The position numbers and the translations under genes were made by a program. A DNA stretch of 64,000 bases from an uncultured Planctomycetota bacterium (lineage in GTDB: Bacteria > Planctomycetota > Planctomycetia > Pirellulales > Lacipirellulaceae), in NCBI GenBank assembly GCA_963840025.1, contig CAWIXI010000019.1, positions 44,485 to 108,484 on the forward strand. The letters run 5' to 3'. Below the pieces are notes generated by a model. It saw only the letters and a list, made by a program, of their open reading frames with translations, ran no database searches and was not told the DNA's origin. Of this stretch, positions 11,994 to 23,135 are shown in pieces (the first letter of the stretch is position 1; every line of letters begins with the position of its first letter).

Positions 11994-13477
11994 ATGCAAA
12001 ACTCTGAGCCGGCTTACGCGATTGTCTTGGCCCTTGCTCTGGCGAGCTTCAGCTTTGCTGAGGAGGATCAGGCTGCGACAATTGCAGCGACGAATCACTC
12101 TGCCTCATGTCTTGATCCTGTTGGTCGACGATATGGGGTATGGAGACCCTGGTTGCTACAATCCCGAGTCGCGGATCTCGACGCCGAACATCGACTCTTT
12201 GGCACGAGACGGCATGCGGTTTGTCGACGCCCACGCGCCGGCTCCTCTCTGCCATACCTCGCGCTACGGCCTGTTGACGGGGCGATATCCCTTTCGGGCG
12301 GATGTTGGCCGGTGGCCCAAGCACGCCGCCATTGAATCGGGTCGAACCACAATCGCCTCGCTGCTGAAGTCACGCGGATACCACACGGCGATGGTCGGCA
12401 AATGGCACTTGGGCTTTGAAGAGGCCAGTTACGACGCTCCCTGGACCGGGGGGCCCGTAGACGTTGGCTTTGACTCCTTCTTTGGGATCCGCGCTTCGAC
12501 GGATATTCCTCCCTACTTTTATATTCGCGACAACCGAGTCGTTGCCCCGCCCACGCTGCCAATCGCGGCCCATCACAGTGCGGGCTGGTCGCCGATCCAG
12601 GGTGAATTCTGGCGGGGCGGGCTGATTGCCTCGGACATGAAGCTGGCGGATGCCTTGCCAACAATCACGGACGAAGCCGTTGCGGTGATACGCCAGCACG
12701 CCGCGAGCCTCCAAGAATGGCAAACGCCGCGTGCCGCTGATGCTGTACGTCGCATTGCCTGCGCCCACACCCCCTGGTTGCCGACGGCCAAATTCAACGG
12801 CGTAAGCAAAGTCGGCATGTACGGCGACTTCGTGATCGATGGTCGACGCCATGGTCGGTCGCGTGCTTGCCGCTCTGGAGGCCGCTAAGATGGCGGACGA
12901 CACGCTCGTGATCTTCACCTCCGACAACGGGCCTGTTTGGTATGACAGCGACGTGAAGCGGTTTGGCCATGATTCGGCCGGCGGATTGCGAGGCATGAAG
13001 GGCGATGCGTGGGAAGCCGGACATCGCATGCCCTTCATCGTGCGCTGGCCGCACAAGGTTGCTCCCGGTGCGGTCAGCCATCGGTTGGTTTGCTTCACCG
13101 ACGTGATGGCGACGCTGGCGAGCATCGTCGGCTACCGTCTGGCAGACGACGAAGGCCCGGACAGCATGGATTTTTCCGGAGCACTGCTAGGAAAGGAATC
13201 GCCCGTGGGAAGCGTCCGCACTTCGCTGGTGATGAAGTCGTCGGCCGGTCTGATGACCGTCCGCCACGGACAGTGGAAATTGATCGATGGACTAGGCTCG
13301 GGCGGGTTTTCCCAGCCCGCGAAGATCGAGCCGCAACCGGGTCAGCCCGCCGGTCAGTTGTACAACCTGGCGACCGATCTCGGTGAAACGAAGAACCTCT
13401 ACAGCGAACGCCCAGACATCGTCCGGCGTTTGAAAAAAATTCTTGCCTCGATCGAGCACGCCGAAAACGAGCGGTAG
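11994..13477 (+). pseudogene. S1 sulfatase with atypical C-H-T-S-R active-site motif, at least four frame breaks
   Basis: The signal peptide MQNSEPAYAIVLALALASFSFA is in the frame of ORF 11994..12335. LPHVLILLVDDMGYGDPGCYN...APLCHTSRYGLLTGRYP is in the frame of ORF 12022..12888. KNGKRRVPLMLYVALPAP is in a third frame, followed by HTPWLPTAKFNG. MVDAMVGRVLAALEAAKMADDTLVIFTSDNGP is in ORF 12839..13477. Breaks lie near 12095, 12705, 12768 and 12835. Confidence 0.8.
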
Positions 13478-13481
13478 CATC

Positions 13482-16054
13482 TCACTGTCCGCCGCCAGCG
13501 GTTCCATTTGCAGCTCCGGGGGCGGCGGCAGCTCTCTTATCTTGCCAGACGAATGAGCCATTCTCTATGGACCAGTTGTTCCCGAAGTAGCCGGCGGCTT
13601 CGATCCCATCCAATCCCTGAGAAAAAATCTCCGGCTTGACGACCATCAGATCGGGAAAGCCGGTTCCGGCAGCGAAATAGAGATTGGGATAGACAGCTAG
13701 GTTCCCAAGCTTGCCGGTGCCGGCGACGACGCCAACCGAGGCGATCGCGCTGTCCTTGCGAGGCCGAATCATGTAGAGGCCGAAATCCTCGCCCTTCAAC
13801 GTCCGATCGCCCACTTTCAACTCTCCTCGCCGGACTTGAACTGGACAATCGGCAAGCAGCGGCTCCCAGGCCGCATTCGTAGAGGCATTGCCGTAAATGA
13901 TGACAGACCGGTCTCGGTAATCGTCCAAAGTGAATTGGCTATCGGGGATGATTTCGATGGAGCCGTTGCCCCGGTAGTAGAACGTTTCCGCATCAAATCG
14001 TGATTTGTTGTAAGACCAGGCGTTCTCTTCATCGTCTCCTCGGGTGGAGTAAACGAATACGACATGATGACGAAACGCATCCTTGAAACCGCCGTATCGT
14101 TTAGGATTCTTCTCCGCAGGATCGTTAGGTTCGTCAATTACATGCCAAGTCTCATCTTGCTTCTTGAGCCACACTTGGTCTTCCTTCGGCCAGGGCAAGT
14201 CGGCGATCGGTTGCCCGTCGACTTCCATCGTAACTTTCTGCAAATCCTTACAGTGCGCAAGATCGACTTTGAACTCGCTTAGGTTTTCCGTAGTGATCTC
14301 AAATTCTCTTTGGCTGATGTGTTCACCCATTCGGCGTTGTCGGCGTGATCTGACCGTTTGTTTGGCGACGACGCCAGAAAACTCGAACGGCTGCTCCTGC
14401 TGGTAGAGCGTGAGGTAGTAGCTGTTAGCCGATATGCCGGGACAGGCGGTCCGAAACTCAAGCACCGGTAGGTCGCGTGGATCCTTCCGCTCGTGCCATT
14501 TGAAATAGCTGAAGATTTTTTCGAAATCGGCGCCATGCCAATGTGCTGCGCCCGGTTCCTCGAAATACGCGAAGTCTGGATGAAACGTGCCGAGAAGTTT
14601 GCATGGACCGCGCCTCCGTTACCGGTACGTTCTCATCCTTATCGCCGTGCTCGATGTAGACGCCCTGATGAATGTAGTTTCGGGCCAGCTCGAGCGTGCG
14701 ACTGGGATTGGCCGCTCGATTCATCATTTCCCGCATTGGGGTGCTATCCTCGGCCTGTTGTCTTCTTCCGTAGGAGAAAAACGACCGCCATCCGGCGAGT
14801 GGCGCGATGGCTGCCCAGCGCGACGGATACGTTGCCCCCAAAATCCATGTGCCGTGACCACCCATGGAATGACCTGTCAGGAACGTTCTGGCTGGGATCG
14901 GTATCGAGCCATGCTTCGGCGTCCGCCAGCACTTCCAGCGCATCCAGGCGCCCCCAGTCTTCCCAGTCAAATCCAAATTCACGTCGGTTCGTCGGTGCTA
15001 CGACGTGGCCCCAATCCTTCGATTGATATGAGCCCGCCTGGGCGATCGCCTTGACGCCGGCTCCATGCAACGACAGGAACAGAGCCGGCTTGCGCCCTGC
15101 CTCAGGCTTGCCCAGCCGCACCGCATAATACTGCACGCTTCCATCGATGTCGGAGAGGAATGTCCGGCGAAAATTCTTGGAAGGCTCTTTCGCTTCGATG
15201 GGCAAGTCAGCCTCGTCGATGAGCTCGTCACGCTGAAAGAGACCCACGTGAACCACCTGGTCGCCCGCGGCATCGGCAGCATCCTGGATCTTGAAAGGGA
15301 CCTTTCGCGTGGTCATCGGTGGGACCGTGCCGGTGAACGGCGTGGTGATTTCACGTCCGGCGACTTCCGCGCGAAGCTTAAGATTACCGAGTGTCGTGTC
15401 GGTGGCGTTGACGATACGGATGGCCGCCCACTTTTCATCACTCTCGGTAGTCAATAGGTCGGGGAGCGTCGGGTCGATCGTCGTCAAATAGATTGGCTTG
15501 CGAGGCGTCGAGACGCCCACGCTCTTCTCCTTGCCACGGGCTATTTTGCACCAAAGTTCGTGGCGGCCTTTGTTGAGCTTGACCGGCAGGAGGATGCGGT
15601 GCTTTCCGTAAACGTCCCCGGCGCGGGGAACGCCGTCGACGAACATTTCGGAGATGCCGTCCGGGGATAGAACGACGGTTTCGTCCTGATTGACAGTGCA
15701 AGTCAGATAAAGATATCCCCCTCGCAAATCGCCGCCGGTAATCGCACCGGAGTCGTCGATCGCAAGCTTTCTCCAATGCTGCTCCCCGCCGCGGAAGCCC
15801 TTGCCCGAAACATCTCCCTCATGCGGAGGTAGCAACTCGCTGGAAACCAGGCGCTGCAGCACTGGATCCGTGGACGACGGGGAACGCCGGAAGTACCCAC
15901 CGCCCACAGGCCCGGAGTACAATACCTCTTGAAACGTGAGCGGCTTCTCGTTCGCCGAGGCACTCGGCACGGCGACGACGAACAACGCCGAGAGGCACCC
16001 ACACGCTGCAACGGCAGACGAGATCGGTAAAGTTCGGAAGTAGCATATCTTCAT
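13482..16054 (-). pseudogene. large secreted alpha/beta-hydrolase (S9/esterase-type, GHSMGG nucleophile elbow) with N- and C-terminal accessory domains, two frame breaks
   Basis: ORF 14744..16054(-) has a signal peptide and ...ALFLSLHGAGV...DWGRLDALEVL. ORF 14458..14982(-) has FLTGHSMGGHGTWILG...EHGDKDENVPVTEAR. The upstream extension of ORF 13482..14465(-) reads LLGTFHPDFAYFEEPGAAHWHGADFEKIF. Joins lie near 14885-14895 and 14600-14612. Confidence 0.7.
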
Positions 16055-16138
16055 TGCTGGTTTGCTCCAGTTTGTCCTACGACAACGACGTCCGTGCGGC
16101 GCACGCTGCGCAATCTCGGTACTCCCTAATGGTGCCCC

Positions 16139-17094
16139 ATGACTTCAATATCAAGTTACCGCGCTCGCTTCCACTATGCGATTTGGCTGGCATTGGTGTT
16201 TTCTCACAGCCGTGCGCTGGCGCGGAGCCCGCCGGCGAATCGCAGCCGGGACCTGTTTTTCTTACCGGCGTTACCTATGGAATCGCCAACGGCGTTGAGC
16301 TCAAACTGAATATCGCACTGCCCCGCGACTCGGCTTCCATGGCGAAGCGGTATCCTTTGCTCATCTTTATCCATGGCGGCGGATGGCAGACGGGGAATCG
16401 CGCTGCTTACAACGGCCGGATCTGTGAGGCGGCAGAGCGCGGCTATGTCGCGGCTACGATCTCCCATCGCCTGACGGCCGACAAAGACGAAACCGGCCAT
16501 CCCCGCTATCCGTGGCCGGCGGCTATTCATGATTGTAAAGCCGCCGTCCGCTTCCTCAAGACTTATGCTGACCGGTTCCATATCGACCCTCAACGCATTG
16601 GCGTGACGGGCGCATTGTCCGGCGGTCATCTGGCACTGCTGTTGGGATTGACCGATGAATCCGATGGACTGGAGGGAGACGTGAAGATGCCCAACCAGGA
16701 GAACCTTGCGATTCCTGTCGTGACGAATACGAGAGTCCAGGCGGTGTTCAATAAGTCGGGCCCCACCGATTTGGTTTCCTGCCATGCCGACCGAATAGTC
16801 AAGCCGTTCCTGGAAGACTTGCTGGGAAGTTTTCACGATCATCGCGACCGTTACGTCGAAGCGAGTCCGATCAACTATATTTCCGCGGATGACCCCCCGG
16901 TAATGACCATTCATGGTGAACGAGACTCTGTGGTGTCGGTCGAACAAGCTCGTAAGCTCGACCAGAATCTGAGCCGGGCTGGGGTCTCACATCAATACCT
17001 TGAGCTCGCAGGCGAAAGACATGTGTTCACACGCGCAGGCGGCACGAAATACTGGGAAGCCTTTTACCAGTTTTTCGACAAACAATTCCGCTGA
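16139..17094 (+). pseudogene. secreted alpha/beta-hydrolase (esterase/lipase-type), one frame break in the signal-peptide region
   Basis: ATG 16139 opens MTSISSYRARFHYAIWLALVFSHSRALA, a good signal peptide in frame 2. The body is in the frame of ORF 16054..17094 and has LLIFIHGGGWQTG, GVTGALSGGHLALLLG (A-x-S-x-G elbow) and MTIHGERDSVV. The join lies near 16210-16225. Confidence 0.7.
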
Positions 17095-17404
17095 TGCCCC
17101 CGGGTCCCGGCCTCGGGGACAATGCAGCCGGTGGCACTTCCGCCGTGGGAAGCCCGCTTTCATCGTCGCAGCGGCCGGCCGCTGTTTGTTCGCCTTGCTG
17201 GCTTCGGGTAACCTTTAACCTTGTTGCGAGAGCCTTTATTCAACAATTGTCGGCGGGGTTCGTCCCGTGACAGGCGGTCAGGCAAAAGGTGCTATTTTTC
17301 TAAAAATAGTGCATTTTTTGGCACGAGCGGAGCCGGGCGACAAATCAGAATATGAGGCATCGTATACGAGTGTGACTGTGAAAAAGGAGCCCTCCATCGA
17401 TTTC

Positions 17405-17924
17405 ATGGACTTGTTTGTTGAGGACCAAGCGATGGTCTACGCCTTCGTGCGGAGCTTGGTCCCCAACTTTGCGGACGCGGAGGAGATCTTCCAACAGGTC
17501 GCGGTGACATTGTGGCGAAAAAGAGAGACGTATGATCCGGCGCGTAGGTACGTTTCGGGCTTGGGCAATCGGGATCGCCAGGAACCATATCCGCAATTTC
17601 AATCGGCATAAGGTCCGCGATCACCGGATACAGCTTTTCGCGCCGGATATTATGGAACGGATCGCGGAGAATTGGCAGGCGCTTGACGACAACTTGCGCG
17701 AACGGCAAGCGGTCTTGAAGTTGTGCATCGGCAAACTGGAACCATCGGATCGTCAGCGAATAGAGCGATTTTACGGCGGGGAGACGAGAGCAGCAGAAAT
17801 GGCCCAAACGGAAGGTATTCCGTTGCGCACCTTTTACCGCAAACTTCAAAAGATAAGGGAGTGTCTGCTCAATTGCATATCGAAAGCGATGGAAGCTAAA
17901 GGGGGTGTCAATGGACCGTACTGA
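17405..17924 (+). pseudogene. ECF-type RNA polymerase sigma-70 factor (Rhodopirellula/Verrucomicrobium-type), one frame break
   Basis: MDLFVEDQAMVYAFVRSLVPNFADAEEIFQQVAVTLWRKRETYDP is in the frame of ORF 17267..17611. GTFRAWAIGIARNHIRNFNR...LEPSDRQRIERFYGGETRAAEMAQTEGIPLRTFYRKLQKIRECL (region 4 HTH) is in ORF 17532..17924. The break lies near 17550. Confidence 0.85.
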
Positions 17925-19459
17925 TCAATCACCGGAAGCTCACGATTCTTGCGATTTGCGAGATTTCGTGAGCGTCGTGGCAACGATGCTCGACAGCGGA
18001 CAGCTAGCTCCGGAGCTATTCGATCGATTGGAGAGAACGCTTCGAGATGACGATGTCGCCATGCGTCAATACCTGGCGTTGTTAGACCTCGATGCCCACT
18101 TGCGGTGGGCGTATCGTGGCGGGATGCAACCGCAGGCTATTGCGGTACACGACTTGGAGGCCTCCGGCAGCAATCCGGTGGAGATCGGATCGGAACCGGC
18201 TGGAAACGGGGCGGCCGAAACGGAATCCAAGGTCGTGAGTTCGCGCATCGGAGACCAGCTGCCCGATCGGGCTCGTTGGTTGCCGCAGCCGATTGGCCTC
18301 GCTCTGCGCGACGGCTTCCGTCGGCACCGAGTTGCATCGTTGGCTGTTGCAGGCTCACTCGCAGCGGTGGCAACTATTGGATTGTTGCTCGCCGCTTGGT
18401 CGAGTTGGGGTGGCGTCGGAAGAATTACCCAGTCCGCGACCGCCCAGTGGGCGGCGCCACATGCTTTGCTCACGACCGGCATGTCCGTTGATCCGGGGAA
18501 ATACTATTTGCTGGGCGGCGTTGCCGAGATCACGCTCGCGCGATAACACGCGATTGATTGTCGAGGGGCCGTCATTGCTGGAGATTGTCTCGGCAAATGA
18601 GGCGCTCGTCAAAAAGGGAACAGTTTCCGTATTCGTGGGACCTCGGGCTTCGGGGTACACGGTTCATACTCCAGATGCGCAGTCGCCGATTTGGGGACGG
18701 CATTTCAGGTGCGGGTTGCCGATCGTGGTACCGAAGTACACGTCATCGACGGAGCCGTCGTCGCACACGGAACGCACCACGCCGCTGACAGAAAGGACGA
18801 CAGCCTACTCTACCTCACGGAACGAGAAGCGATCCGGTTTAACCGGGATGATGGAAGAATTGATGCGATCAATTTTGTGGGTGAGCAACTGAAGCTTCAC
18901 GGGAACAGCGGAACCAGCTCGCTGAGCGCGATCCCCATGGCAGTAACAGGCGACATCCGGTGTCTGGACCATCCCCCAAATTCGGTTGTCGTCGGGGATT
19001 TCGAGCATGACGGCCAAATGTACCTGTTCTTGGAGCAGAGTGATATTTCGGTCGGCCCGACGATCTATGCGGACCGGAATTCTTTCGGAGAAATCGCCAA
19101 GGTGCAGGGAAATATCAACATGAAGATTCCCGCCGGTGCGCGGGTTAACAGTTACCTGCTGCATTTTGACCCGACGACGAAGCGTAGTAACGATCGTCTG
19201 CATCGCGTTTCGGGCACGATCACGTTCCGTTCGCCAATCATCGGCGTGTATTTCGACAGCGGTCGGTTTGTACGCATCGGATAAGCAGTTCAAGAGCAAC
19301 GAAACTCGATACACGCGGGAGAAGGGTGTCGCACCGAGGGGATTGGAAAACCGCGATTTCGTGTCCTTCAGTCCTGATCATAGGACTCTGATCGTCAATC
19401 TCCAAGCAAATAAGACTGCTGACCAAATCCGCATTATCACCAAGAGCGAGCATCCCTGA
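17905..19459 (+). pseudogene. FecR-like anti-sigma factor with extended C-terminal domain, three frame breaks
   Basis: It overlaps the sigma-factor stop (ATG 17911). The N-terminal anti-sigma region and a TM helix (LAVAGSLAAVATIGLLLAAW) are in ORF 17905..18546. DNTRLIVEGPSLLEIV...TVHTPDAQ is in the frame of ORF 18293..18892. VADLGTAFQVRVADRGTEVHVIDG (FecR signature) is in ORF 18691..19284. The tail GLYASDKQF...[12 protein letters not shown] is in ORF 19136..19459. Breaks lie near 18535, 18680 and 19264. Confidence 0.8.
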
Positions 19460-19535
19460 CGGCACGGCATCGAGCGTGCCTTACAAGGGGAGACATCGCC
19501 AACGGGATCACGCCACATCTCGTGAGGGCAATCGT

Positions 19536-20536
19536 ATGCAGGCGAAATGGCGAGGCGTCAAGGCGTTTACGCTGATTGAACTGCTCGTGGTTATTGCCAT
19601 TATCGGCATTTTGGTGGCGCTCTTGCTGCCGGCAGTTCAAGCGGCGCGCGAGTCGGCGCGCCGGACGCAATGCACAAATCAGATTAGGCAGCTAGCCTCG
19701 GGGCGGCAAACTTCGAGTCCGCCAAAGGGCGTTTGCCCGGCGGTACGGGGTTTTCTGGAAGCCCGGACGACGACACAGGTACCTCCGGCGGACGACGCGG
19801 TGGAAGCTCGGGCCCGGCGTACTCGATCATCCCGCCCCATTACAATGGTCTAGGATGGATTGTAGAAATTCTACCGTACATCGAGCTCCAAGCGCTGAGC
19901 GACGTCTTTGCACCATTTCGTGATCTTGATTTCGATTCAAACGTGTATAAAAAACCGCCCGAGCTGTTGGAGGCGGTGAAGATTCAGCCCGACGGGTTTG
20001 TGTGCCCCTCCGATCCGACCGCGCGGGACCTGATCACGACGCAATATCAGTGGCCGAACATACCAGTGGCCACCACGAATTACCGCGGAGTGATGGGGTC
20101 GAATCAGATGGTCTCGGACACCCACAGCTTTCCGATCATTCTGCCCCTGCAAGAATTCTGCAACGATGGGCGGGCTCGCTGCAACGGCCTGATCTGGCGC
20201 ACCAGCGCTCAGTTTCCCGTAAGGCTTCGACAAGTCATCGATGGGACGAGCAAGACGATGATGGTTGGCGAAGACCTGCCTTCGCACGACTGGCACACCA
20301 TGTGGTCCTTTTCCAACGGTGACTCCAGCAGCACCTATGCCCCATTGAATTACACTCTGAACAATCCAGACCCAGAGCAATGGTGGGACATGCGGGGATT
20401 TCGCAGCCACCATCCTGGCGGTGCCAACTTTGCGATGGCCGATGGGTCGGTGCACTTCATCCAGGAAGACATTGATTTCGATTTGTACAAGGCACAGAGC
20501 ACCATCGCCCTACAGGAAGTACTGCCGGACAATTAG
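19536..20536 (+). pseudogene. DUF1559 / H-X9-DG protein with prepilin-type N-terminal cleavage/methylation domain, one frame break
   Basis: [54 protein letters not shown] is in ORF 19476..19853. [14 protein letters not shown]...GWIVEILPYIE...HHPGGANFAMADGSVHFI (H-x9-DG) is in ORF 19733..20536. The break lies near 19690-19700. Confidence 0.85.
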
Positions 20537-20608
20537 CTAGACTGGCCGCAGCCATCCTGTCGCCGGCTGCGAGTTGTGTTCTTGATTGCGATCAACTAAG
20601 GCTCAAAG

Positions 20609-21022
20609 ATGAAGAAATGGGTTGTCGCGCTTTGCGTTAGTGTCTCATTTGGTTTTTCGGGTTTGCTTGGTTGTGGATCGTCCGGGTTTTCGTCGACCGA
20701 GGGAGTCGTCACATTGGACGGCGAGCCCTTGGCGAACGCGACGGTCATGTTTCAATCGCCAAACATGCCGATGGCGACTGCCAAGACGAATCAGGACGGC
20801 AAGTACCGTGTCGAAACTGGCGGCACCAAGGGAATTAAGCCGGGGGAATACTCGGTCACTGTCGCGGCATATGCGAAAGGAAAGAATGGCGGCGAACGCG
20901 CACCGAATCTCATTATCCCCCAGCGATATCTTCAACCGGAGACTTCAGGTCTGAAGGCAGAAATCGGATCTGGGACGAACCGGGATGTCAATTTCGAGTT
21001 GGTTTCCACGCCGTCGAACTGA
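20609..21022 (+). CDS. small lipoprotein with carboxypeptidase-regulatory-like (transthyretin-like) domain; DUF1559 partner
   Basis: Intact 137-aa ORF with lipobox LLGC at the end of a signal peptide and [20 protein letters not shown]...[10 protein letters not shown]. It is a paralogue of 28525..28917 and 31648..32073. Confidence 0.75.
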   Translation: MKKWVVALCVSVSFGFSGLLGCGSSGFSSTEGVVTLDGEPLANATVMFQSPNMPMATAKTNQDGKYRVETGGTKGIKPGEYSVTVAAYAKGKNGGERAPNLIIPQRYLQPETSGLKAEIGSGTNRDVNFELVSTPSN

Positions 21023-21029
21023 GCATGCA

Positions 21030-22585
21030 ATGAATGCCTCGGGCCAATATTGCCGAAACGACCGTCCTTGCGAATCGCACCGAATCGTGCCGGCTTGGAA
21101 TTCAGTGATTGCGGCGCGTGTCGGTTTCGCGGTCGGCCTGTGCCTGTTTGCGTATCAGCCGGTGTTTGCCGCGGAGCAAGCCGGCCCGAGGCCGAACATT
21201 GTGTTCCTGATGACCGACGATCAGTGTTTCTATTCGCTAGGATGCTACGGCGTACGGGACGTGCAAACGCCCAATCTTGACCGATTGGCCGCGGACGGAG
21301 TGACGTTTGACAAGTATTATGTGACCACTGCTATTTGCATGGCCAGTCGTGCGACGGTCATGACAGGCCTAGTCGAGTATCGCACGGGTTGCAACTTCAC
21401 GCACGGTCCGTTGCTTCGCGAACACTGGAGCCGGTCGTACCCATTCCAACTGAGAAAGGCCGGCTATTTGACGGCATTCGCAGGCAAGTTCGGCTTTGAG
21501 GTTGCCGACAGTCCCCGGGGAACGGGCTCTCTGCCGAGCGAGGACTTTGATCACTGGGCTGGCGGTCCGGGACAGACGTCCTACAAAACCGCCGACAACC
21601 CGGCGCTGGCCAAGTATGCCGAGCAATTTCCTCACTCGACGTTGGCCTACGGTGCGTTCGGCAGCGATTTCATCCGCGATGCGGCGAAGCAGACATCGTC
21701 CCTTTTGCTTGTCCATCAGCTTCAAAGCCGCCCCATCGGCCAGCGACCCCGGACCCTCGCTTCGACGCGGTTTATGCGGGAAGCGTGTTCGCCAAGCCGG
21801 CCAACTTTGGCCGCCGAAACGGCGAACACTTTTCTCCGCAGAGTCGACAAGGCAGGCAGTACCAGCGCTTTGTGACGTGGCACTACAACGACGATTACAA
21901 CGGCGTCATGGCGACCTATTACCAGCAGGTCTACGGCGTCGATGTCGCGGTGGGAATGATTCGTCGTGCTCTGGAAGCGTCGGGCGCGGCGAAAAACACG
22001 GTGATCATATTCACGTCCGACAACGGATTTATGTGCGGTTCTCACGGGTATGGCTCGAAAGTGCTTCCTTATGAAGAGGCATCCCGCGTTCCGCTGATTG
22101 TCGTGGATCTTCGTAACTCGGAGAAGAACGTGGGGGGTCGTTGCGACGCTTTGTGCGGCAACGTCGACATAGCGCCCACCATTCTGGCCCTCGCGGGGAT
22201 CAAAGTGTCGGACGATTTGGATGGACAGAGCCTGTTGTCGCTAATCGACGATCCGACGTCATCGATTCATGAGTCGCTGCCGTTGATCAACGTGTGGGGG
22301 CCCGCGGCAGTTCATAGTCTGGCGGTCGTCACCAAGGACTGGAAGTACATCTACTGGCCGTACTCAGAGCGTGGTTTCGTCCCCTGTGAAGAACTATACA
22401 ACTTGGCGGACGATGCGCTGGAGCTTAAGGAACTTTCCCACGACCGGCGCTATGCCGACACCCTGCAACGGATGCACGCCATGTACGATCGAGAAGTGGA
22501 TCGGTGGAAGCAGATGACCGTTCACTACCACGGATATGAAAAGTACGGCACAGTTTTTGATCGTCGTTTGCGGTCGAGTGACTAG
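21030..22585 (+). pseudogene. Cys-type S1 sulfatase (C-M-A-S-R motif), two frame breaks
   Basis: [21 protein letters not shown]...[15 protein letters not shown] is in ORF 20985..21875. [12 protein letters not shown] is in the frame of ORF 21496..22074. [25 protein letters not shown]...IIFTSDNGFMCGSHG is in the frame of ORF 21785..22585. Breaks lie near 21690 and 21733 (C-run). Confidence 0.85.
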
Positions 22586-23135
22586 CAATCGAATTTGCAT
22601 GCACGCGTGCGGCGTCGAAGAACCAGATGGCGGGTTTCATGCAAGTTCCTCGGGCGGGTTTCGTGGACGACGAAATTCGAAATCTCACAATAGGCTATCC
22701 CGTTTGGTCCCGGACTTGCTTGGCTCATTTTGGGGGTAACAATCAGTGTCGGATCGCTTTTTTGGACAAATCAGGTGAATTTGTTGGCACTGCCTTGAGA
22801 TTCGGCGACAAATTACTTTTGATCAGGGGGTGCGCTGCCGCTGGCGGGGGGCGATGGGCGGCTGATGTTGTGACTTTAGCCGGATGCGCTATCGGTGAAA
22901 GGATTCGGTTAGCACCTCGATCCAACTTTTCAGCAAGTGCAGCTGCGGGAGGTCGGTTGCGTATCGTCGACGATGGCGGTCTTGCTTGCGCTGATCAGCG
23001 GAGCAATTTCCTTCGGCAGCGGTACAAAAAGGCGTTTTGCCGCAGCGCCCATCAGTTCAACGTCTGTGGCTTCTGTCTGGTACACGAAAGTACTTCACTC
23101 TTTTCTCGACGATCGACCGAAACTTTCAGTACTAA

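Noticed and set aside
16600-16640. Apparent loss of the catalytic serine in the alpha/beta-hydrolase. GVTGALSGGHLA, aligned to the HSL-type GDSAGG, would put Leu at the nucleophile position.
   Set aside because: Shifting by one residue gives A-L-S-G-G, an acceptable A/G-x-S-x-G nucleophile elbow as in GLSMGG-type esterases. There is therefore no evidence for an inactive enzyme.
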